This document shows positions 57,769-64,000 of a stretch of DNA of 64,000 nucleotides, piece by piece (the stretch's first letter is position 1; each line of letters opens with the position of its first letter). The DNA is from an uncultured Actinomycetes bacterium (GTDB lineage: Bacteria > Actinomycetota > Thermoleophilia > Gaiellales > Gaiellaceae). Made by a program: the position numbers and the translations under genes. The DNA is taken from the NCBI GenBank assembly GCA_963752845.1, contig CAVVZV010000003.1, forward strand, positions 320,708 through 384,707. Reading direction: 5' to 3'. The notes beneath the pieces are model-generated. The model ran no database searches, had not been told where the DNA came from, and saw only the letters and a list, made by a program, of their open reading frames with translations.

Positions 57769-58694
57769 CGGCCTTCTCCTCCGTCTGCTCCGTCGGCCTC
57801 CGCGGCCTCGGTCTCGGCGGCGCTCTCCGCCTGTGCCACGGGCTCGCTGCTCGGCCGGCGGCTCGTCTGCAGCGCGGCTCGGCTCCGGCGCTCCTCGGCC
57901 GGCTCGGGCTCGGCCTCCGGCGCCGGGCTCGGGCTCGGCCTCCGGCGCCGCCTCGGGCTCCTCGGGCTGGCCGTTGGCCGCGGCAGCCGCCTCGAACTCC
58001 TCCGGCCGCACCTGCGACTTGCCCGCCTCGATCGCCTCGGCGATCGCGCGGATCACGAGGCTGCACGAGCGGATCGCGTCGTCGTTGCCGGGGATGACGT
58101 AGTCGGCCTCGTCCGGATCGCAGTTCGTGTCGACGAGGCCGATGATCGGGAGGCCGAGGCGACGCGCCTCGCGCACCGCGATCTGCTCCTTGCGGAGATC
58201 GATCGACGAAGACTGCGTCGGGCTGGCGCTTCAGGTCGGCGACCCCGCCGAGATTCGCCTCGAGCTTCTCGAGCTCGCTGAGCATCGTCAGCCGCTCCTT
58301 GGCCGGCAGCAGGTCGAGCTGGCCTTCCTCGTTCAAGCGCCGGAGCTCGTGCATGCGCTCGATGCGCCCGGACATCGTCCGCCAGTTCGTGAGCAGGCCG
58401 CCGAGCCAGCGGTGGTTGACGTACGGCATGCCGACCCGCGTGGCCTCCTCGGCGATCGAGTCCATCGCCTGCTTCTTGGTGCCGACGAACAGCATCGTCC
58501 CGCCTCGGCTCGCCGAGGTCGCGGGCGAACTCGTAGGCGTCGTCGAGCAGCTGCGCGGTCTGCTGGAGGTCGATGATGTAGATGCCGCCGCGCTCCGTGA
58601 AGATGAAGCGGCGCATCTTCGGGTTCCAGCGTCGGGTCTGGTGGCCGAAGTGGACGCCGGCCTCCAGCAGGTCCCTCATCGAGACGACTGACAT
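57761..58694 (-). CDS. rpsB: 30S ribosomal protein S2, with at least two apparent frameshifts (~58515, ~58200) and an unresolved acidic tail
   Basis: [27 protein letters not shown] (ORF 58053..58694), [18 protein letters not shown]...NHRWLGG (ORF 57761..58495), and [22 protein letters not shown] (ORF 56971..58176). The exact stop is uncertain. Confidence 0.9.
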
Positions 58695-58819
58695 GTTGGG
58701 TCTCCCCCTTGGTTCGTTTTGCGTTCCAGCCGGCGGGACGGACGTGGAACCCGCTCAGGACGGGCACCGCCACTCCGCTTGTCCGCCGGGTCGAAGGTCC
58801 CGGTTGAAGCCGGAGGATG

Positions 58820-59731
58820 TTAGCGGAGCGCCGTCAGGTAGCGGGTGAGATCGTCCGGTAGAGGCGATTCCACCTCGACACGAGCGCCCGTGAAGGGATG
58901 CGTGAACGCCAGTCGCGTCGCATGGAGGAATTGGCGGCCCAGTGCGGGATCAGGGACGCCGTAGACCGGGTCGCCGACCACGGGCAGGCCGATCGCCGCG
59001 AGATGAACGCGGATCTGGTGGGTTCGGCCCGTCTCGAGCCGCACACGCAGCAGAGCATCCTGGTCGAGCAGCTCGACGAGCTCGAAGTGGGTGACGGCGT
59101 CGCGCGGTCGTTCCGTGTCAAGCGACTGCCTGGTCGGATCGCGCCGGTCACGGCCGATCGGCGCCTCGATCCGGCCGGTGCGGGAGCGGGGACGGCCGCG
59201 GACGAGGGCGAGGTACTCGCGCTCGAGCTCGCGCCTCTGGACCAGCCGTTTCAGCCGCTTGTGCGCCTCTTCTGAGCGGGCGACGACGAGGAGGCCGGAC
59301 GTGTCGCGGTCGAGGCGATGCACGATTCCCGGCCGCTCCTCCTCTCCACCTGCGGCACCGAGCTCCAGCACGCCGTGGACGAGCGTGCCGGTTCCATGTC
59401 CCGCGGACGGATGGACGACGACGCCTGCCGGCTTGTCGACGACGAGAAGATGCTCGTCCTCGTAGGCGACGCGCAGTCCGACATCCTCCGGCGCGAGCGG
59501 CGGGGGGTCCTCGAGCGGATCGAACTCGATTCGCTCGCCGCCGGCGAGCCGGTCGCTCTTCTCCCCGGCGGCGCCGTCGATGAGCACCGCTCCCTCTGCC
59601 AGCAGCCGCTCGGCGGCTGCCCGCGAGCCCACCTCGGGCAGGCCCGCGAGAAAGCGGTCGAGCCGGAGCCCGGCCGCCTCGCTAGGAACGATCCGCCGAG
59701 ACGTCGATCGTTCGGGCACTGCGCGGCTCAC
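58820..59731 (-). CDS. rluD: RluA-family 23S rRNA pseudouridine synthase (RluD-like)
   Basis: S4 domain, then HRLDRDTSGLLVVA and GRTHQIRVHLA. Confidence 0.9.
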   Translation of the reverse strand: MSRAVPERSTSRRIVPSEAAGLRLDRFLAGLPEVGSRAAAERLLAEGAVLIDGAAGEKSDRLAGGERIEFDPLEDPPPLAPEDVGLRVAYEDEHLLVVDKPAGVVVHPSAGHGTGTLVHGVLELGAAGGEEERPGIVHRLDRDTSGLLVVARSEEAHKRLKRLVQRRELEREYLALVRGRPRSRTGRIEAPIGRDRRDPTRQSLDTERPRDAVTHFELVELLDQDALLRVRLETGRTHQIRVHLAAIGLPVVGDPVYGVPDPALGRQFLHATRLAFTHPFTGARVEVESPLPDDLTRYLTALR

Positions 59732-60299
59732 GGTCGGCGAGCAGGAGCGCGCCGATCAGCACGGCGACCCCGGCGACGATGAAGGAGTCCGCGAGGTTGA
59801 ACGCCGGCCAGAAGCGGAAGTCGAGGAAGTCGGTGACATGCCCGAGTCGCACCCGGTCGACGAGGTTCGAGAGGCTGCCTCCAAGCAACAGTCCCAGGGC
59901 GACTGGCAGGATCGGATGTCGCCCGCCCGACCGGGCGAAGAAGATGAGCATCCAAGTGACGGCGACGCCGGTGAGGACGATCACGCCGAGGGTTGCAGTC
60001 GGAAACAGCCCGAATGCGATCCCGGAGTTCTGGACGTGGTGGATCGAAAGCGGTCCAGCGACGTCGGTCGACTCGCCTAGAGCCAGCGACGAGGAGACGA
60101 TTGCCTTGGTCGCCTGGTCGGCCGCAATCGCCGCCCCGGCGACGGCTACAAGGCCGAGCCATTGCCAGAGCCCGGCCCCGAGCGAACGCCCGGCGCCCCA
60201 CTGAGGGACGACGCCGTTGGTCGCAGACCCGACCCGGATCTCCGAGGCGGGCCTGGACCCCTCCCCTACCGTTCCTCTTTCCGTTTGCAATCGATGCAC
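59682..60299 (-). CDS. lspA: Lipoprotein signal peptidase II
   Basis: NSGIAFGLF and FNLADSFI motifs. The only in-frame starts are GTG 60299 and TTG 60290. Confidence 0.85.
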   Translation of the reverse strand: MHRLQTERGTVGEGSRPASEIRVGSATNGVVPQWGAGRSLGAGLWQWLGLVAVAGAAIAADQATKAIVSSSLALGESTDVAGPLSIHHVQNSGIAFGLFPTATLGVIVLTGVAVTWMLIFFARSGGRHPILPVALGLLLGGSLSNLVDRVRLGHVTDFLDFRFWPAFNLADSFIVAGVAVLIGALLLADREPRSARTIDVSADRS

Positions 60300-60568
60300 A
60301 ACGTCGCCCAGGGCATCGCCTCGAGTCGCTCCGGCGGGATCTGGGCGCCACAGTTGACGCAGGTGCCGTACGTGCCCACCTCGATCCGGGCGAGTGCGGC
60401 GTCAATGGCGGCAAGCAGGCGTCCGTCGCTCGCTTCGAGCGTGTAGTCGATCTCCCGGTCGACCGTGTCGGTCGCCGTGTCGGCCATGTGTTGGTCGGCG
60501 CTGCCCGATACCAGCTCACCGGTCTCTTCCTCGAGCGATCCTGGATTCTCCTTCTGGAGATACTCCAA
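60266..60568 (-). CDS. DksA/TraR-family C4 zinc-finger protein
   Basis: CVNCGAQIPPERLEAMPWATLCIDC. Confidence 0.85.
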   Translation of the reverse strand: MEYLQKENPGSLEEETGELVSGSADQHMADTATDTVDREIDYTLEASDGRLLAAIDAALARIEVGTYGTCVNCGAQIPPERLEAMPWATLCIDCKRKEER

Positions 60569-60637
60569 CGTCTCGACGACCCCCTGGCGCTTCTCTACCA
60601 GCAGCTCGCGGAAGTGCTCGAGTGTCGATCGCGGTGC

Positions 60638-60910
60638 TCATTGCGTGAGGCGCCGCTCGGCTTCCGCCGTCGTGAGGCCGGCGACCTCGACCGTCTTGTC
60701 CCGCGAGCCGTGGCCGGAGACAAGGCGGAGGTTCGTGGACGCGAGTCCCAACGTGTCGGCGAGCATGACGAGGGTCGCCTCATTCGCCTTGCCGCGCTCG
60801 GGAGGAGCGCTGACGCGAAGCTTCCAAGCATCCCCGTGGCGGCCGACGATCCCCGGTTTGCCAGAGCCGGGAATCACGCGCAGCCGCAGGTAGGTGGAGG
60901 GTCGTTCCAT
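60638..60910 (-). CDS. DUF167 (YggU-like) protein
   Basis: LRLRVIPGSGKPGIVGRHGDAWKLRVSAPPERGKANEA. Confidence 0.8.
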   Translation of the reverse strand: MERPSTYLRLRVIPGSGKPGIVGRHGDAWKLRVSAPPERGKANEATLVMLADTLGLASTNLRLVSGHGSRDKTVEVAGLTTAEAERRLTQ

Positions 60911-60919
60911 GTTCTGATT

Positions 60920-61354
60920 CTAGGCTGCGGCGACTTCGTCGGCGCCGTCGAGCTCTTCCACGGTGGAGAGCGCCGTTCTGAGCAGCTCACGCAGACGCCG
61001 GATGTCGCCTTCGAGCCGCGCGCGCTCGGCGGTGGCGGCGAAGGTGATCCGGCGAGCCTCGACGTGCGCTTCGCCGACGATTCGCTCGGCGTCGCGCCGT
61101 GCTGCCTCGCGTTGCTCCTGCGCAGCCGCCTCCGCCGAGACGAGCGTCTTGCGGAGGAGGGTCTCGAGCTCGCGGTGCCGCTGAAGGTCGGCTTCGAGCT
61201 GCTCGATCCGGTCGGCGAAGTCCGCGCGCTCACGCCAGACCTCCTCGAAGCTGGCGGCAGTCTCGTCGAGAACCTGTTCGACGGCCGCACGCCGATAACC
61301 CCAAAACCCTCGACTGAGCGAAACGTGACGGATCTCAGCAGGGGTGAGTGCCAC
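60920..61354 (-). CDS. DivIVA-domain protein
   Basis: MALTPAEIRHVSLSRGFWGYRRAAVEQVLDE followed by a coiled coil. Confidence 0.85.
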   Translation of the reverse strand: MALTPAEIRHVSLSRGFWGYRRAAVEQVLDETAASFEEVWRERADFADRIEQLEADLQRHRELETLLRKTLVSAEAAAQEQREAARRDAERIVGEAHVEARRITFAATAERARLEGDIRRLRELLRTALSTVEELDGADEVAAA

Positions 61355-61668
61355 TAGTTCAACCGCCCAAGCAGGTTGACGACGATCGAGCTCGCGATCC
61401 AGAGCGTGAAGATCGCGATGATCGGCGATAGGTCGAGTGGGCCGAGCGGCGGCAGGATCCGGCGGAAGATCCGCAGGTAGGGCTCGACCACGTCGTAAAG
61501 GAATCGCTGGATCCTGCTCATCCAGATCGAGTACGGCAGCCGGACCCAGGACATCAGGATGTAGGCGAAGATCAGCAGGAAGTAGACGAGCGTGAAGACC
61601 CGCACGAAGTTCTGCGCCGACGAGACCCAGTCGGCGAGCAGGATCGAAGCTGCGCTCACCGCACTCAC
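61354..61668 (-). CDS. YggT-family membrane protein
   Basis: C-terminal 104 codons of ORF 61354..61968 (FAYILMSWVRLPYS...LSPIIAIFTLW). GTG 61668 chosen; the upstream part is Arg/Ser-rich and not credible. Confidence 0.8.
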   Translation of the reverse strand: MSAVSAASILLADWVSSAQNFVRVFTLVYFLLIFAYILMSWVRLPYSIWMSRIQRFLYDVVEPYLRIFRRILPPLGPLDLSPIIAIFTLWIASSIVVNLLGRLN

Positions 61669-61728
61669 GGCTGCATTTTCTGCCTTTCTCGCGGTTCCCC
61701 TGCGCCCATAGGATCGGGCTAGCAGCCG

Positions 61729-62911
61729 ATGACGCTCGCCGAGCTCGCCCTCACTGTGACCTTGCTCGGGGGACTCGGGCTCGTGGCGAATCGCTTCGGG
61801 CTCTCCGCGATCCCCGCCTACCTGCTCGCCGGGCTGCTGCTCGGTCCCGAACGACCCCAAGCAGCTGGCCCTGGTCGAGCCGTCCGAGGTGACGGAATTC
61901 GTCGCCGACCTCGGCCTCGTCTTCCTCCTCTTCTTTCTCGGCCTCGAGTTCACGCTCGACCGGCTCACCCGCAGTCAGCGACACGCCGTGCTTGGCGGCG
62001 CGATCGACTTCGCCGTCAACGCCGGGCTCGGTCTTCTGATCGGCGTAGCGGCGTTCGGCTTCGACTTCGCGGCGCTCATCCTCGCCGCGGCGATCTATGT
62101 CTCCTCGTCCGCGATCGCGGTCAAGGGCCTGATCGATTTCAGGCGCCTCGCCGACGACGAGACGGACCTGGTGCTCGCCATCCTCATCGCCGAGGATCTT
62201 GTCCTCGCCTTCGTGCTCGGCTTCGCCTCGGGCGCCGGAGCGGAGGTCACCGAGACACTCGCCCTCGTCGCCAAGGCGGTCGGGTTCGTCGCCGTGGCGC
62301 TTGCCGCCTCGAAGTGGCTCTCGAACCCGATCGATCGCGTCCTCGACCGGCTACCGCGTGAGTTCTTCCTGCTTGCCGTCGTCGCCCTTGTCGTCGGCAT
62401 GAGCGCGATCGCCCAGGAGCTCGGCCTGTCCGAAGCCATCGGAGCGCTCATGGCCGGCGTCGTTCTCTCCGAGACTTCGGTCCGCGGGGAGATCGAGGAG
62501 CGCTTCTTCAGCTTCCGCGACGTCTTCGCGGCGCTCTTCTTCTTCGTTTTCGGGCTCTCGATCGACGTCGCTGCGATCGACGAGGTCGGCTGGATCCTCG
62601 CCGGCGCGGTTGCCGTCACGCTGGTGGGGAAGATCGGCGGCACGCTGTGGGCCGGACGAGTCGGCGGCTTTACCCGTCGGCAGAGCTTCAATGCCGGCGT
62701 AGGTTTGATCGCGCACGGAGAGTTCACGATCATCCTTGCGCAGCTCGCGGCCGAGAATCCGGCTATCCCCGACGCTCAGCAGACCCAGCTGGTGGCATTC
62801 GCGGGCCTCTACGTCCTGATCACGGCGACGATCGGCGTCGTCCTGATGAAGGAGTCGAAGGTCCTCAGCCGCCGGTTGTTCCCGGCGCCTACACTCGCCG
62901 AAGGGAGGTAG
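61729..62911 (+). CDS. Cation:proton antiporter (CPA2/Kef-type), with one apparent frameshift (~61849)
   Basis: MTLAELALTVTLLGGLGLVANRFGLSAIPAYLLAGLLLGP (ORF 61729..), then DPKQLALVEPSEVTEFVADLGLVFLLFFLGLEF (ORF 61889..62911). Confidence 0.85.
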
Positions 62912-62918
62912 AGGAACG

Positions 62919-63422
62919 ATGCCGATCGATCTTCGTGAGACGCGCTTGCCGGGCATCGGAGTCAAGTTCGGCTTCCGGCTCGATGCGGGCGGCCGAATCG
63001 CGCTGATCCAGCACAACGACGGCAAGAGGGAGCTCTACTGGTACAAGCGCGCCGACGACGATGAGCCCAGCGCCGTGATCACCCTCGACGACGACGAGGC
63101 ACGCCAGCTCGGCGCCATCCTCGGCGGCGCCTACGAACGGCCCAAGATCGTTGAGGACCTCGAGATGGCGCTCGGCGAGCTGCAGATCGAGTGGGTGCCC
63201 GTGCCCGAGACGAGCCCTTGGATTGGCAAGACCCTGGCGGAAGCCCAGTTCCGCGCCAAGACCGGGATCACGATCATCGCGATCCTGCGTGAGCCCGAGC
63301 CGGTCACGGGCGCTCAGCCGCACGACGTCATCCAAAGCGGCGACACGCTCGTCACCGTCGGCAAGGCCGGTCAGTACCCCGCCTTCTACCGGCGGCTGGA
63401 ACGCGGCGACGAAGCCGGCTAG
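62919..63422 (+). CDS. TrkA-C/RCK_C antiporter regulatory subunit (KhtT-like)
   Basis: MPIDLRETRLPGIGVKFGF... and a C-terminal TrkA-C region (GKTLAEAQFRAKTGITIIAILRE). Confidence 0.8.
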   Translation: MPIDLRETRLPGIGVKFGFRLDAGGRIALIQHNDGKRELYWYKRADDDEPSAVITLDDDEARQLGAILGGAYERPKIVEDLEMALGELQIEWVPVPETSPWIGKTLAEAQFRAKTGITIIAILREPEPVTGAQPHDVIQSGDTLVTVGKAGQYPAFYRRLERGDEAG

Positions 63423-63424
63423 CG

Positions 63425-63982
63425 CTAGGCCTGGTTAAAAAAGCCGCCGCGCTCTAGGAGTTGAGCGCGCTGCTCGGCGGAGACCTCGACGTTCGCCGGC
63501 GTCAGTAGGAAGACCTTGTCGGCGATCCGCTGCATCCCGCCGTCGAGAGCGTAGGTCAGCCCGCTCGCGAAGTCGATCAGCCGCTTCGAGAGCTCCGAGT
63601 CGACGCCCTGGAGATTGAGGATCACGGGTGTGTAGTCCTTGAAGCGGTCGGCGATCGTCTGGGCGTCGTTGAAGCTCCGCGGGACGACGAGATGGACGCG
63701 CACGGCGGAGCCAGGCTGCGCCGGAACCGAAGCCAGCTCCGGCCGCCTCCGCGGCCGCAAAGTCGCGGTCCGCGCGGCAGCGGCCGCCGGCTCGGTATCA
63801 GTCCAGTCGTCGAAGTCTCGACCCCCGCGCTGCGCCGAGAGCCGTCGGACGTTCGGGCGCTCCGCGTACGTCCGTTCGAGCTCCTCGTTCGTGACGTACC
63901 CGTCCTCGTCCCATTCCTCGTCGTCCACCTCGGCGATGCCGAAGTAGACGAGAGTCCGGTTCCAGACGTCTGAAAGTCCCAT
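63425..63982 (-). CDS. sepF: Cell division protein SepF
   Basis: VVPRSFNDAQTIADRFKDYTPVILNLQGVD...RLIDFASGLTYALDG. Confidence 0.9.
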   Translation of the reverse strand: MGLSDVWNRTLVYFGIAEVDDEEWDEDGYVTNEELERTYAERPNVRRLSAQRGGRDFDDWTDTEPAAAAARTATLRPRRRPELASVPAQPGSAVRVHLVVPRSFNDAQTIADRFKDYTPVILNLQGVDSELSKRLIDFASGLTYALDGGMQRIADKVFLLTPANVEVSAEQRAQLLERGGFFNQA

Positions 63983-64000
63983 TGAGCAGGGGATCTTAGC

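Overview
Visibly high-GC bacterial chromosomal segment (GC not computed). Gene content and order fit a monoderm, Actinomycetota-like organism, possibly a deep branch such as Thermoleophilia or Rubrobacteria; this is inference only. It is mostly core housekeeping. The main blocks, in order:
- ftsK 3' end.
- A BMP-type ABC uptake operon with a duplicated permease pair.
- rodZ-like, cinA, thpR, recA, recX, rny, miaB, a Tyr-phosphatase, miaA, dapF, an LL-DAP aminotransferase-like gene, hflX, dut and a NUDIX gene.
- murT and gatD.
- A principal sigma factor.
- apt, a MerR regulator, an FHA protein and a small coiled-coil protein.
- A bifunctional sugar nucleotidyltransferase/phosphomutase and a pgsA-like gene.
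- A second, Rbs-type ABC operon linked to a creatininase-family gene and hydantoinase B/A.
- A small accessory patch next to tRNA-Pro(GGG), with a decayed integrase.
- proS, ispG, an M50 protease, dxr, cdsA, uppS, frr, pyrH, tsf and rpsB.
- rluD, lspA, dksA-like, DUF167, divIVA and yggT, then a Kef/KhtT pair and sepF.

Signals the ORFs do not explain:
1. A modular stem-loop cassette at four operon junctions, always in sense orientation. Each copy is bracketed by RTGA(G), which supplies the upstream stop and the downstream start, and it carries its own Shine-Dalgarno.
2. A 21-codon polycysteine micro-ORF with a strong SD beside tRNA-Pro.
3. Two clusters of DnaA-box-like 9-mers, one containing a perfect 16-bp palindrome.
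4. A candidate structured sRNA ending at a clean intrinsic terminator upstream of the sigma-factor gene.
5. An RsiG-like single-motif coiled-coil protein.

Caveat: about 25 single-base frameshifts interrupt conserved, partly essential genes, so the assembly very probably contains indel errors. Frameshifted genes are reported end to end, and frameshift positions are accurate to about +/-10 nt. All calls rest on reading the sequence and recalling family signatures; no searches were run.
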